Source: Malacoraja senta (Eukaryota). From it: a stretch of 64,000 nucleotides of DNA. The notes under the pieces were generated by a model. That model was not told the origin of the DNA, searched no databases, and saw only the letters and a list, made by a program, of their open reading frames with translations. Every line of letters starts with the position of its first letter. The first letter of the stretch is position 1. Location of the stretch: positions 13,952,001 through 14,016,000 of the forward strand of contig CM075991.1 of NCBI GenBank assembly GCA_038087875.1. The letters are read 5' to 3'. Position numbers and translations under genes: made by a program. Of this stretch, positions 1 through 13,333 are shown one piece after another.

Positions 1-102
1 GGTCCAGGGACCAAGATCTCCTGGGAAAAATGGACATCTTCTCCATTCAGCGTCGGGAGCTCTGTGGGGGTGAGAGGGGAGTGGTTGGGGAGCAGAGTTT
101 AT

Positions 103-403
103 TTTAGTTTAGTTTAGAGATACAGTGCGGAAACAGGCCCTTCGGCCCACATTTACCAGCGATCCCCTTACATTAACACTACCCTACACCCACTAGGGAC
201 AATTTACATTTATACCAAGCCAAATAACCCACAAACCTGTACGTCTTTGGAGTGTGGGAGGAAACCAATGATCTCGGAGAAAACCCACGTGGGTCACGGG
301 GAGAACGTACAAACTCCGCACAGACAGCACCCGGAGTCAGGATCGAACCTGGGTCTCTGATGCTGTGAGGCAGCAACTCTACCGCTGCGCCACTGTGCCA
401 CCC
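103..403 (-). mobile_element. HE1-like tRNA-derived V-SINE, full length
   Basis: Head ggcacagtggcgcagcgg (A box) and ggttcgatcc (B box), V-domain ggagtttgtacgttctccccgtg...tttcctcccaca, CR1-shared tail gggccgaagggcctgtttcc...(ctaaa)n. Confidence 0.85.
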
Positions 404-570
404 CTGTCTATTACAAACCTACTCATTCATGCAACTATCTATACTACACTTCTCTGAGCAGTATGAATATTGACTTCTCTAACATCAAGTAACCCTCTCT
501 CTCCATCCCTCCCTCATCCTAGTTCTCCAACCAGTCTGACTGTTCTCCTGATAACATTTTATCTTTGTGT

Positions 571-1258
571 GCCTCGCCAACAGTCTGTCTGTCCTTTTTT
601 CTTTGTGTTATTTTTAGCATGTGTTAAAAAGTATGTTTTAGTGTTCCTTGGTTTGTTTTATGTGGGGGGGGGGGGGGAACTTTTTTCAATCTCTCACCTC
701 GATGGGGATATGATTTTTTTCCCTATCGTAGCTCCGTCCCCGCTGCGGCCTAACATTGTGGAGTTGGCGGCCTTTCCTGGAGACCGGCCCGGCGCTCCAA
801 GCCGCGGGAGTCCGCGGGACTTCAACATCGCGGAGCTTGCGATCCCTTTGCCGAGGATCGAAGCTCCAACCGCGGGGCCTGTGGACTTTAACATCGTGAA
901 GCCCGCGGTCTCTGGTAAGAAGAGGCCGACTCGGGAGCTCCATGCCGCGGGGAGAGTTTCAACCGCCCCGACGTGGGAGTTTCGATCACCCCGAATGGGG
1001 GCTTCGATCGTCGGCTGCGGGGGCTTTGATCGCCCTGACTGCGGATGGTTTGACTGCCCCGATCGCGTGAGAACAAAGAAGAAGAAGATTAGACTTTATT
1101 GCCTTCCATCACAGTGAGGAATGTGGAATCCACTGTGGTGGATGTTTATGTTAACTTTGGTTGTGTGTCTTGTTGCTTTTCACTTAGTATGGCTGTATGG
1201 TAATTAACGTTTCATTGTAACTTAACAGGTACATGTGACAATAAACTGACCTTGAATC
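571..1258 (+). mobile_element. GC-rich non-coding retroposon with Rex1-type tail
   Basis: T-rich / G-run / hairpin head, CpG-rich body with internal subrepeats, tail gtacatgtgacaataaactgaccttgaa. Confidence 0.6.
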
Positions 1259-2044
1259 TTTGTCACCTTCCCCAAGCTAATGACCTATTCTAGATTTTCC
1301 TTGTACTTCGGCCCCCTAGATGTCTCATTTTCACACCTTACTCTTCCATATCCCCGAGTCTCCCTCTACACTGACCCTCAGTCTGAGGAAGGTTCTCGAC
1401 CCAAAACGTCACGCATTCCTTCTCTCCAGAGATGCTGCCTGTCCCGCTGAGTTACTCCAGCATTGTGTGTCCATCTTTCTTCTCTTGAAGTTGTAGCAAA
1501 CAGAATCGCCAGGGATGGTTAATGCCTCTAAATGTTCAATCAGGTTTGTAGGTTAATTGGCTTGGTAAATGTAAAAATTGTCCCTAGTGGGTATAGGATA
1601 GTGTTAATTTGCGGGGATCGCCGGCCGGCACGGACCCGGTGGGCCAAAGGGCCTGTTTCCGCACTGTATCTCTAAACTAAACCAAACTAAGATCATAAGG
1701 GGAATAGATAGGATGAATGCACTGAAAGCCCTGTCCCACGGTACGGGAATCAAGTTCCAGAGGACGTAAGTTTAAGGTGAGGGGGGGGGGGGAAAGATAT
1801 AATAGGAACCTGAATGGCAGCTTTTTCACACAGAGGGTGGTGGGCGTCTGGAACGAGCTGCCAGAGGAGGTAGTTGAGGCAGGGACTATAACAACCTTTA
1901 AAAGACATTTGAACAGGTACTTGGATAGGAAAGGTTTGGTCTTTTAGTAAATGGCACCAAAATATGGCATCTCATGCATTCGTGAGCAATGCAAAAAGAA
2001 CTTCACTGTGCAGTGCATATGCGACAATAAAGACCCATTAAACC

Positions 2045-2595
2045 AGAGAGGGAGGTACACAAAAATGCTGGAGAAACTCAGCGGGTGCAGCAGCATCTAT
2101 GGAGCGAAGGAAATAGGCAACGTTTCGGGACGAAACCCTTCTTCAGACTGATAGGGGGTGGGGAGAAGAAAGGAAAAAAGGAAAAAGGCGGAGGAGGAGC
2201 CCGAGGGCTGGGGGAGGGGAGGAGACAACCAGAGGGCTGATGAAGGGGAGGGGACAGCAAGGGCTAGCAGAATTGGGAGAATTCAATGTTCAAGCCCCCA
2301 GGATGTAGACTGCCCAAGCGGAATATGAGGTGCATTTCCTCCAATTTACGGTGTTGCTCGCTGTGGCCATGGAGGAGACCCAGGATAGAGAGGTCAGATA
2401 CGGAATGGGAGGGGGAGTTGAAGTGCTGAGCCACCAGGAGGTCAGGTTGGTTATTGCGGACCGACCGGAGGTGTTCGGCGAAACGATCGGCAAGCCTCCG
2501 CTTGGTCTCACCGATGTAGATCAGCTGGCATCTAGAGCAGCGGATGCAATAGATGAGGTTGGAGGAGATGCAGGTGAACCTCTGTCGCACCTGGA
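2045..2595 (-). mobile_element. Penelope-like element 3' part: GIY-YIG endonuclease remnant plus pseudo-LTR with hammerhead motif
   Basis: ORF 2264-2590 reads FTCISSNLIYCIRCSRCQLIYIGETKRRLADRFAEHLRS...HFN...LGSLHPGGLNIEF (GIY-YIG). About 120 nt downstream lies CTGAAGAAGGGTTTCGTCCCGAAACGTT (2146-2119). Confidence 0.88.
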
Positions 2596-3279
2596 GGGAG
2601 GGATATGTGTCAAACGCGGGCAGGTGGGACTGGTGTCCAGGTGGGAGCAGGTGGGAATGTTGGTCGGCAGGGGCAAGTTGGGCCGAAGGGCCTGTTTGTG
2701 TGCTGTGTGACTGTGCTGTGAGACTCTAGGTGTAAAATGGGCAGCCCTCAGTCAAACCCTTATCTGAAGCAGCTGTTCCATAACCCTGAAGATAGACACA
2801 AAAAGCTCGAGTAACTCAATGGGTCAGATAGCATCTCTGGAGAGAAGGAATAGGTGACGTTTCGGGAGACCTTCCCTCCAGAGATGCTGTCTGACCCGCT
2901 GAGTTACTCCAGCATTTTGCGTCCATCTTCAGTTTAAACCAGCATCTGCAGTTCCTTCCTGCAACCCAGGCAGACTGCTGGGCTAATAATAGGTCACTCA
3001 CATCAACGCACAATCACAGCGTATACTCTGAACGTGGTGCACGAGATAACTCAGCATCACAGGCAGAGTCGCTGAGCAGTGATGCAGGGGGGAAGCGACC
3101 TGCAGGCATTAAACCCAAGAATAATTTGCAGCTAGCTAAAGTGATGATGAAAACCACAGGCAGTTGTGGAGGGCTGCAGCACGTTGCAATCTAGCCCACG
3201 GCAGCAGCCGGCTCAGTTAAATCTGCACACCATCCATTTATTTTTCCTAGCTGGGGCTGGGAAAATAAGATGCGTTAGG

Positions 3280-3592
3280 ACTTTATTCATCCCAGGAGGG
3301 AAATAATTGGTCTGCCAACAGTCATAAAACATAACGAAACATGAAATTAAAGTGACGAGTGGAAAGTCCAGGATTGGGGATGTGCAAAGATTGGGGGGGG
3401 GGGGGGGGAGTCAGTCTCAGTCTACCCCACGACAGAAGGGGGAGGAGTTGTATAGTTTGATAGCCACAGGGAAGAAGGATCTCCTGTGGCGTTCTATCCT
3501 GCATCTTGGTGGAACCAGTCTCTAGCTGAAGGTGCTCCTCAGGTTGACCGGTGTGTCATGGAGGGGGTGAACTGTATTGTCCAGGATGCAGT
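3280..3592 (-). mobile_element. Rex1/Babar-type LINE 3' fragment
   Basis: ILDNTVHPLHDT...RLVPPRCRIERHRRSFFPVAIKLYNSS plus 3' UTR. Confidence 0.72.
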
Positions 3593-3912
3593 TTAAGGAG
3601 CATCCTCCCCTCCAAGAGTCTACTTGCCGACCTGGAAGAGTTGGACACGAGTACTTTCTCACAAATGAGATATCACGCAGAGGCCCATCCCATTCTCTCA
3701 GGTGGAATATAGAACATAGAACAGAACCGGCAGCATCTCTGGAGAGAACAAAAATGGGTGACATTTCGGGTCGAGACCCTTCTTCATCACCTATTCCTTC
3801 TCTCCAGGGATGCTGCCTGTCCCACTGAGTTACTCCAGCATTTTGTGTCTATTTTCAGTATAAACCAGCATCTGCAGTTCCTTCCTACACATACAGTACA
3901 TGATATTGCCGA

Positions 3913-4138
3913 GTCCCAAACATTATGGTGCCCTGAAATGGGGGGACTATGTATAAACACAGCTGTACTTTCTACATGGTGAAACCAAAGTGTCTAAAAA
4001 TATTATTTTAAATAAAATCTGACAATGTTGCACTTTAACCGCAAGCGATTTTTTTTCTATTACAAATCGTAAATTGTGGAGTACAGAGGCAAATAAATAA
4101 ATGATGGGTCTTTGTCCCAAACATTATGGAGGGCACTG
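3913..4138 (+). mobile_element. Tc1-like transposon terminal IR/DR remnant
   Basis: Ends tgtcccaaacattatggagggcactg|TA. A 16-bp direct repeat gtcccaaacattatgg lies at 3913-3928 and 4114-4129. Confidence 0.7.
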
Positions 4139-4804
4139 TAGAACAGTACAGAACAGGAACAGGCCCTTCGGCCCACAATGTCTGTGCCGAACTGGATGCC
4201 AAAACCATCTCTGATCTATCTCAATATAATTCATATCCCGTCATATCAATGTGCCTATCCATTGAACACCACTATTGTATCTGCCGCCACAACCAACCCT
4301 GGCAGTATGTTTTAGGCACCAACCCCTCCTTGCAGCTAATACTGTCCAATCCGGGCATCAATCTGGTAAACCTCCTCTGGTCCCTTCCAATGCCTATACA
4401 ACATTTCCATAATGGGACGACCAGAACTGCATACAATACAGGGTCTGACTGTCTAGGCTAACTATGCCTCACCTAATTTTATAAACTTCTATCAGCTCCT
4501 CTATCTTGTTTTTGTTTGTAATTGTTTGTAATTGTATTTGTTAGTCTGTGTTCAAGATGGCGGTCGGAGGGGAGAGTGGACGCTGGCGTTAAATTGCCGC
4601 TGCTCTCTCCTCAAATTGTGCTTCTGATTTTCTTTTTTTTGTGTTTTTGGAAGGAATTCTGTCCCTGATTTATGTATTGGTCTTTATAACTTATTTTTTT
4701 TAAATTCTGATTATATGTTTTCTATAAATCTCTGTATGGTGTCCTTGAGACCTCGGTATAAGGCGCCCGTAAATAAAATCCATTATTATTATTATTATTA
4801 TTAT

Positions 4805-5211
4805 CAGGCCAGGTGGAGTTCCCCACGCCACGGGTACCCATGTAACCCCGTGCTACCCGCTCCATGGTCGGATAGTCGGCGACTAAACCGTCTCCCCCAC
4901 TTGGTTTGCCAGGTGAGGAGGGGGCTGTGGAACCCCAGCAGGACCCAAAACAAGACCTGTCAAAGGGCGGATGAGCTCCTAGCAAGCCAACGGCCATCCA
5001 CACTTCAGTAGAAGTTGCGATCACTGTCGTACGTAGCATTGTAAGGAATGATGATAAAGCACACACACACCAAAATCCTGTACTTCCAGCGGCGGAAGTC
5101 CGCAGGAACTGGAGGACAGAGATGTGTGGTGCGTCCGTCACCGTTCCAATCGGAAACCGGCGCCACTGCGTCGCTAATGTTTTCAACGATGGTGAATGAA
5201 TGAATGAGTGA
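4805..5211 (+). mobile_element. Unclassified short retroposon, RTE-like, with (TGAA)n tail
   Basis: CpG-rich non-coding body ending gtgaatgaatgaatgagtga. The 5' end abuts an (ATT)n tail. Confidence 0.45.
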
Positions 5212-5429
5212 GCTCCTCTCAGCTTCCGACACTCCAGAGAGAATAATCCATGCTTGTTCAACACCCCCTGTAGCTCATACCTTCAGATTCTGCTCAACCT
5301 CTTCTGCACCCTCTCCAAAGCCACCACAACGGGGCGATCAGAACTGCACGCAAGGCTCCAAATTGGGCCTAACCTGTGACCCGTGACCCTTGCACTCCAT
5401 CCCTCGACAAATGAGGCAGAAAACCCTCA

Positions 5430-6155
5430 CACAGTGGCACAAAAGTAGAGTTGCTGCCTTACAGCAGCAGAGGTTCGATCCTGACTACGGGTGTTGTCTG
5501 GGTGGCGTTTGCACGTTCTCCCTGTGACCACGTGGGTTTTCATCGGTTTCCTCCCACATTCCAAGGACGTACAGGCTTGCAGGTTAATTGGCTTCCATAA
5601 ATTGGCCCTGGTGTGTAGGACAGAGCCAGAGTATGGGTGATCATTGGTCGGCACGGACTTGTTGGGCTGAAGGGCCTGTGTATCTCTAAACAAAAAAGGG
5701 GGGCACAGTAGTACAGCTGGTAGAGCTGCGCTCCCACAGCGCCAGAGACCCAGGGTCGATCCCGATCTCCGGTGCGGTCTGTGTGGAGTTTGCATGTTCT
5801 CCCTGTGACCGCGTGGGTTTTCTCTGGGTGCTCCGGTTTCCTCCCACATTCCAAAGACCTGCAGGTTTATTGGTCAATTGGCTTCTGTAAAAAGCCCCTT
5901 GTGTGTAGGATAGAACTAATGTACGGGCGATCGTTGGTCGGCACGGACTTGTGGACTCGGGTGATGTCTGTGTGGAGTTTGCACGTTCTCCCTGTGACCG
6001 CGTGGGTTTGTGGGGTAATTGATCCTCTGTAAATTGCCCCCAGTGTGTAGGGAGTGGATGAGAAAGTGGGATAACATAGAACTAGTGTGTGTACGGGTGA
6101 TCGATGGTCGGTGTGAATTCGATGGGCTGAAGGGCCTGTTTCCACGCTGTATCTC
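5430..6155 (+). mobile_element. Cluster of three tandem or nested HE1-like V-SINE copies
   Basis: Three V-domain cores (about 5505, 5785 and 5975) with heads and tails. Confidence 0.8.
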
Positions 6156-6420
6156 TATTCGAATCCACAAAACAAAATACTGCCTCTGCCAAGCTCCTAG
6201 AAGTCTACATCCTTTCCCTTGATGCTAAAGGCTGGCATGCAAATTGTTAATTCATGATATTGGATAAACACACTCATAATGCAGTTGACAACGGATTAAA
6301 CGAGATAAAAACGGACAGGATTAACAGCAGGCAATGACGACAAGAATTGACTAGTTAAAAGGCCATCTCTGCCTGCAGGCCCCTGGCCTGACCCACTCTG
6401 CCCACCAACTTCAACCCATG

Positions 6421-6628
6421 ATAGATACAAAAAGCTGGAGTAACTCAGCGGGTCAGGCAGCATCTCTGGAGAGAAGGAATGGGTGACATTTCGGGTCGAG
6501 TCTGAAGAAGGGTCTCGACCTGAAACGTCACCCATTCCTTCTCTCCAGAGATGCTGCCTGACCCGCTGAGTTACTCCAGCTTTTTGTATCCATATTCAGT
6601 GTAAACCAGCATCTGCAGTTCCTTCCAA
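6421..6628. mobile_element. Penelope pseudo-LTR fold-back element
   Basis: 77-bp inverted arms (6424-6500 / 6514-6590, 2 mismatches) around a loop containing CTGAAGA. Confidence 0.8.
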
Positions 6629-8762
6629 CATCCTTCAACAGATGAACCTTCTACAGAGAGACTAGACTAAACAGCATGGTCAAGGCCGAGGTTTAGGGTT
6701 CAGCTTTATTATTGCTACGTACACCAAGATGCAGTGACAAGCTTTGTTTAGTTTAGAGATGCTGCCTGTCCTATTGAGTTACTCCAGCATTTTGTGTCTA
6801 TCTTCGGTTTAAACCAGCATCTGCAGTTCCTTCCCACACCTGAAACACAGGATATTCTGGCATGCAGATTATCAAAATACCAAATATATATATATATATA
6901 AAGAAAGCTGCAACGGCAACCCATGAATATATTCTGTTGATAAATGCTGCCCGACAGGAAGGTTTTGTTTATTTCTCTTCACCGTGAAGTCTTAGTTTAG
7001 TTTAGTTTATTGTCACGTATACCAAGGTACAGTGAACAGATTTTGTTGCGTGCTAACCAGTCAGCAGAAAGACAACACATGATTACAATTGAGCCATTTA
7101 CAGCATACAGATACATGATAAGGGAATAACGTTTAGTGCAAGGTAAACCCAGCAATGTCCGATCATGGATAGTCCGAGGGTCACCAATGAGGTAGATAGT
7201 AGTCCAGCGTTGCTCTCTGGTTGTGGTAGGATGATTCAGTTGCCTGATAACAGCCGGGAAGAAACTGTCCCAGATTCAGGTCGAAGATAGACACAAAAAG
7301 CTGGAGTAACTCAGTGGGACAGGCAGCATCTCTGGTGAGAAGTTTTGGGTTGAGACCCTTCAGATTCAGGTCATCGGTCTTGGATTATGCTCAGGTTCCC
7401 GGACCTGCTTGTTTCTCGTTCATACCAGGGTTGTGTCCCATCCATAGGTACCATGCTGTCCACAGGTAAATAGTAACATCCGACCATCCAGGGCATTGCT
7501 CAATGGTGGAGTGCTTGTAGGCAGTGTCCACTCTCCCAATCCATCCAAGTCCTTCTACAGCCTCCTTGCTTCCTCTACACTACCTCCCTGTCCACCTATC
7601 TTTGTATCATCCACAAATTTGGCCGCAAAGCAATCAATTCCATCAGCAGTAGCAGTGACCCATTTAAGCTACTTCATGTAGGTCATCTATAGCCAGCTGA
7701 CACGCACAACATCCACAAAATGGTGAGGATCAGTAATCTCTGTTTACTTTACAGATGCAGCATAGAATCAGATTCTTCGGCCCATGAGTTAAGTTTGGAG
7801 ATACAGCGTGGTAACTGGCCCTACAGCCCTACAGCCCACCGTCAATCACCCGCTCACACTAGTTCTATGTTATCCCACTCTCTCATCCAGTCCCTACACG
7901 CTAAGGGCGATTTACAGAGGGCCATTCAACCTACAAACCCGCACGTCTTTGGGATGTGGGAGGAATCTCACACGATCACAGGGAGAATGTGCAAACACCA
8001 CACACAGACAGCAGCCGAGGTCAGGATCGAACCCGGGTCTCCGGCGCTGTGAGGCAGCAGCTCTACCCGCTACGCCACCGTGTGTGTGAGAGAGTTGCAG
8101 GCCCAAAATCAAAGAACAACTTCAGGATGAAGAAGCCATCAGTTGCTTCTAGGGTGGCTGAGAGACTGCAGCTGCCAGTATTAAAACATTATGCATCCAC
8201 AGACTCTCTCAGATTTCTTCGATCACGCCCAAGAGGCAGGGAGTAGCCACAAAACTACGGCTCAAACTGGTAGAGCTACCGCTCCAGAGGCCCAGATTCG
8301 ATCCTGCCCTTGGGTGCTGTCTGTGTGGAGTTTGCACGCTCTCCCTGTGACCACATGGATTTCCTCCCACAGGGAGGTGGATTATGTGCGGGTAGATCCG
8401 CGATGGTCTTGGCATCATGCTCAGCATGAACGTTGTGGGACGAAGGGCCTGTTCCTGGGATGCATTGGTCCATGTTTTATGTGACATGAGGACCTGCAGA
8501 TGCTGGAATCTTGACTAAAACACAAAGGAGGAACTCAGCGGGTCAGGCAACCTCTGTGGAAGGTCCTGACCAGAAACATCACCTATCCATGTCCTGCAGA
8601 GAAGCTGCCTGACCCACTGAGTTACTCCAGCATTTTTGTGTTTTGAAAGGTTTTCAGAAAAAAGAAAAGATGTCATCATCCTCAAGGAAAGATATTAACT
8701 GTTGGTCTACTTGAAGCAGGGTGCGACAGGCATTGAATGTAGCAATTTTCAGAAACTCCCAA

Positions 8763-9003
8763 AGGGCCTGTCCCACTTACGCGATTTTTTTTGGCGTCTT
8801 GCCGGCACCCGTCATAGTCGCAGCAGGTCACCGAAAATGTTCAACATGTTGAAAATCCAGCAGCGACCAGAACAAGGTACGACTCTTGGGACGACTACTC
8901 GCCACCAAACAGGCGTCACCCCGTGACTTTTACCGCGACCTCCTGCGACTATGACGGGTGCCGGCAATTTGCCGAAGAAAATCGCGTAAGTGGGACAGGC
9001 ACT
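8763..9003. mobile_element. Harbinger-like MITE (TIR AGGGCCTGTCCCACT, about 65-bp imperfect arms)
   Basis: agggcctgtcccacttacgcgatttt...aaaatcgcgtaagtgggacaggcact. Confidence 0.75.
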
Positions 9004-9794
9004 TCACGGAGATAAAAAAAAGATAGATGCTCGGCATCTCGGTCAGTGGTCACGGGAAGAAGGCTGGAGAATGGGGTTAGGAGGGAGAGATAGATCAGCC
9101 ACGATTGAATGGTGGAGTAGACTTGATGGACCGAATGGCCTAATTCGGAATACTCCTATTCCTTATGGCCTTATGACCCCAGTGGAGTTACATATAGAAA
9201 CATAGAAAATAGGTGCAGGAGTTGGCCATTCAGCCCTTCGAGCCAGCACCGCCATTCAATATGATCATGGCAGATCATCCAAAATCAGTACCCCGTTCCT
9301 GCTTTTTTCCCCCATATCCCTTGATTCCGTTAGCCCCAAGAGCTGTATCTAACTCTCTCTTGAAAACATCCAGTGAATTGGCCTCCAATATAATTACAGC
9401 ATCAGATGTTTTGTGAAGATCATGTCCCTTCGTGAGGGCTGTTTGACACCATAATAAGCCTTTTGTTTTGAAGTGCGGGTTCATCATGGGTCACGGCGCA
9501 TCAGTCGCGCTGTTTTTAACGTGGTGTTACAAGTGAATCACACCATTGTGCCCTTGCTCTCCCACCCATCCGAACTGTGTCACACAGCCTCAGCACAATG
9601 CCGCATCCTGTACAATACCTTTGTTTACATCGCAGGGCCCCATTAACCACTTCATGGCCAAGCTAGCGAGACTGAATACCGACAGTGTACCTTCTGTATG
9701 ACGAGCGTTTGTCGGTACTCTGGAGTTTGGGAGGATGAGGGGAGGGGAGGGGGGACCTCATTGAAACTTACCGAATAATGAAGGGTGGGGGAGG

Positions 9795-10215
9795 GGGGCG
9801 GCGGGAAGAAGAAGGAAGGAAGAGGTGGAGACAGTAGGCTGTTGGAGAGCTGGGAAGGGGAAGGGAAGGATGGAGTAAGCATGGACTACCTGAAATTGGA
9901 GAAGTCAATGTTCACACTGCTGGGGTGTAAGCTACCCAAGTGAAACGCTTGGGTAGTCTACACCCCATTGATATGAACATTGACTTCTCCAATTTCAGGT
10001 AGTCCTTGCTTTCTCCCTCCTTCCCAGCTCTCCCACAGCCCACTGTCTCCGCCTCTTCCTTTCTTCTTCTTCCCGCCCCCCTACATCAGTCTGAAGAAGG
10101 GTCTCGACGCGAAACGTCACCTATTCCTTCGCTCCATAGAGGCTGCCTCACCCGCTGAGTTTCACCAGCATTTTGGTCTGCCTTTGATTTTTCCAGCATC
10201 TGCAGTTCTTTCTTA
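9795..10215. mobile_element. Penelope-like fold-back insertion (inverted arms of about 140 bp) with hammerhead motif at 10091-10118
   Basis: Arms meet at ctacccaag-tgaaacg-cttgggtag (about 9944). The arms correspond to the GIY-YIG end and 3' UTR. Confidence 0.78.
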
Positions 10216-10224
10216 AATGAATAG

Positions 10225-10570
10225 TGAAGTGCCTGGATAGAGTGGATGTGGAGAGGATGCTTCCACTAGTGGGAGAGTCTAGGACTAGAGGTCACAGCCT
10301 CAGAATTAAAGGACGTTCCTTTAGGAGAGAGATGAGGAGGAATTTCTTTAGTCAGAGCGTGGTGAATCTGTGGAATTCTTCGCCACAGAAGGCTTTGGAG
10401 GCCACGTCAATGGATATATTTAAGGCAGAGATAGATAGATTCTTGATTAGTACGGGGGTCAGAGGTTATAGGGAGAGGCAGGAGAATGGGGTTAGGAGGG
10501 AGAGATAGATCAGCCATGATCGAATGGCAGAGTAGACTTGATGGGCCGAATGGCCTAATCCTGACCTTAT
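10225..10570 (+). mobile_element. CR1 LINE 3' fragment
   Basis: LDRVDVERMLPLVGESRTRGHSLRIKGRSFRREMRRNFFSQSVVNLWNS plus 3' UTR. Confidence 0.85.
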
Positions 10571-13023
10571 GACATTGACTGGTTGCATCACGCCCTGGTT
10601 CGACAACTCGAACGTCCAGGAATGAAGGAGATTACAAGACAAGGAGGGCACTGCCCAGTCCATCACAGGTACTGACCAGCTGACCCGCCGACCCGCCGTG
10701 CCACCCCCAAAGGTTCATGACCTCTCCACCATCACTCTTGGCACAGCTGGTAGAGCCGCTGCCTCACAGTGCCAACCACTCGGGTTCCATCCCGACTTCG
10801 GGTGCTGCCCGTGAGGAGTTTTCACGTTGTCTCCGAGACCGCGCGAGTTATCTCTGGGTGCTCCGGCTTCCTCCCGCATCCCAAAGACGTGCGGGTTTGT
10901 GGGTTAATCGGCCCTCTGTAAATTGCCCCCAGTGTGTAGGGAGTGGATGAGACAGTGGGATAGCATAGAACTAGTGTGAATGGGTGATCAATGGTCAGCA
11001 TGGTTAGTCGTACCTGGTATGTGAGTAGCAGGAGATTGGGGGAGGAGGTGTTTGGTGGGCAGATGATGGTGAATGGATCATAGGCGAAGTAAGTGGGGGA
11101 AGGGTCTCGACCCGAAACGTCACCCATTCCTTCTCTCCAGAGATGCTGCCTGTCCCACTGAGTTACTCCAGCACTTTGTGTCTACCTTCGGGGGTAGATG
11201 AGGTCACTCTGTGAGCCAGCATAGGCCAGATGGGCCGAATGGAGTGCCTCTCTTCCCACCACATTCACTACCCCCCCCCCCCCCCCCAGCCATCGTGTGA
11301 CAGCCCTTGTGCTCTCCAAACCAGCCAAGGATGAGGATGTTTCAAATTAGAAATTTCACATCAAGTAACGTGCGATCAAAGATCAAGAACAAACCTCCTC
11401 TCGACAGCTGGTCACCAGGGGTTTAAGCACTCCCACTCTTGAGGATGTGAATGTGAAATCTGTCCTCTCTGCTTGCAACTCGGGCGAACTGTGCCTTGAA
11501 TTTAAATTGGCTCCATTCTTCCACCTCCATGAGCAACCCCCAATCATCAATGTTGTCAGGAGTTCCGCTCACAGGGAGCAGTACAGAGGAAATGCCCTCC
11601 TCCTCCTCCTCCTGCTCTCATCCTTCCTCCACATCTACGGTGTACTTTATAGATACAGCGTGAAAACGGTCCTCGCCGAGCCCAGGCCGACCATCGATCA
11701 CCCGTACGCTAGTTTTATCCAACACACTAGCGGCAGAAGCTACAACCGCTCGCAGCTTTGGAGTGTGGGAGGAGACCGGAGCACCCGGAGAAAACCCACC
11801 CGGTCACAGGGAGAACGTTCTATCTTTGTCCCGAGCCCCTCCCCCGACATCAGTCTGAAGAAGGGTCTCGACCCGAAACGTTGCCCATTCCTTCCCTCCA
11901 GAGATGCTGCCTGACCCGCTGGGTTACTCCAGTATTTTGTGTCTGACGTTGAACAACAAACTCCGCACAGACAGCACCCGTGGTCAGGATCGAACCCTGG
12001 TCTCTGGCGCTGTAAGGCAGCAACTCTACCGCTGCGCCACCGTGCCACCCAGTGCAGTAACGCTATATTGTCTGAAGAAGGGTCTTGACCCGAAACGTCG
12101 CCCATTCCTTCCCTCCAGAGATGCTGCCTGACCCGCTGAGTTTAGCTCAGTTCAGAGATACAGCGCGGAAACAGGCCCTTCGGCCCACCGAGGCCACACC
12201 GACCAGCGATCCCCGCACACTAACACTATCCTACACACACTAGGGACAATTCACACATACGCCAAGTCAATTAACCTACAAACCTGCACGTCATTGGAGT
12301 GTGTGAGGAAATTAAAGCAAAGATCTCGGAGAAAACCCACAAAGTCTGTACAAGCAGCAGCTGTAGTCGGGATGGAACTGGCGCTGCAAGCGCTGTAAGG
12401 CAGCAGCTCTACCGCTGTGCCACCGTGCCGAGTTACTCCAGCATTTTGTTTCTGCCCTTTGATTACTGAAGGGGATTCGGGGATTTGTTACCAGGGATTC
12501 TTCTACGCTTCTATTTGCACTGATCAATCGGCAGCTCAGTGTGGAGGAGAACAGCAAAGAGGCAGAAGCAGATGGCTGCTGCTTGCTCATCAAAACAGGA
12601 AGGAACAAAAACACTGTGGAAATGACTGTGCTCCAAGACAGATGTCTCCGGGATAGGATGTTCATCTCTCTGGAATGTCTCTTACTTCTACAATGGTTAC
12701 CATCAACTGAATATTCCTCCCTGTAGGAGGCACGACATTGGCTAGCATGGACAAGCTGGGTCGAAGGGCCTGGTTTACTACTATATGCCTCCAGTAGTGG
12801 ACAGAGGCAAGATACTGCTGACTGTGTCAATGGCAACAGCGCTCCAGTAGACTTCAGAGGCTTTTAGATAGGCACACATGGATGGTGGGGTATGCATCAT
12901 GTTTAGGCCGAGGAGATTAGGCATAGACCCAGAAGTGTACAGCAGAGGAACAGGCCCTTCGGCCCACAATCTTTGTGCCAAACATAATGCCAAGATAAAC
13001 TGATATCATCTGCCGGCACAAGA

Positions 13024-13333
13024 TCATCTCTGACCCCTCTCACCCTGGCCACAAACTCTTTGAATCACTTCCCTCTGGAAGGCGACTCCGGACTGTCAAA
13101 GCCGCCACAGCCAGACATAACAAACAGCTTTTTTCCCACGAGCAGTAGCTCTACTCAATAACCTAAAATCTGTAGCCTCCTTTTGCTCTGGTATTTTATT
13201 TCATTCACATGTTTAATCAATAATGTTTTATTCTTAATTGTTCACTGTATGTCGTGTTGTTAATTGCGAGCGGAGCACCAAGGCAAATTCCTTGTATGTG
13301 TACATACTTGGCCAATAAACTTATTCATTCATT
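13024..13333 (+). mobile_element. Rex1/Babar-type LINE 3' fragment
   Basis: ISDPSHPGHKLFESLPSGRRLRTVKAATARH..., tail caataaac(ttca)n. Confidence 0.75.

Noticed and set aside
103..403. tRNA genes suggested by A/B boxes
   Set aside because: The boxes are SINE heads followed by a V-domain and a LINE tail; no cloverleaf or terminator.
470..1117. 215-aa ORF
   Set aside because: TTG start; spans a Penelope UTR and a GC-rich retroposon; no recognisable domain.
4805..4870. Possible HDV-like ribozyme at the head of the RTE-like element (cacggg...cccgtg-CTA hairpin)
   Set aside because: The 5' end is truncated and I could not assign P1, P2 and P3 consistently.
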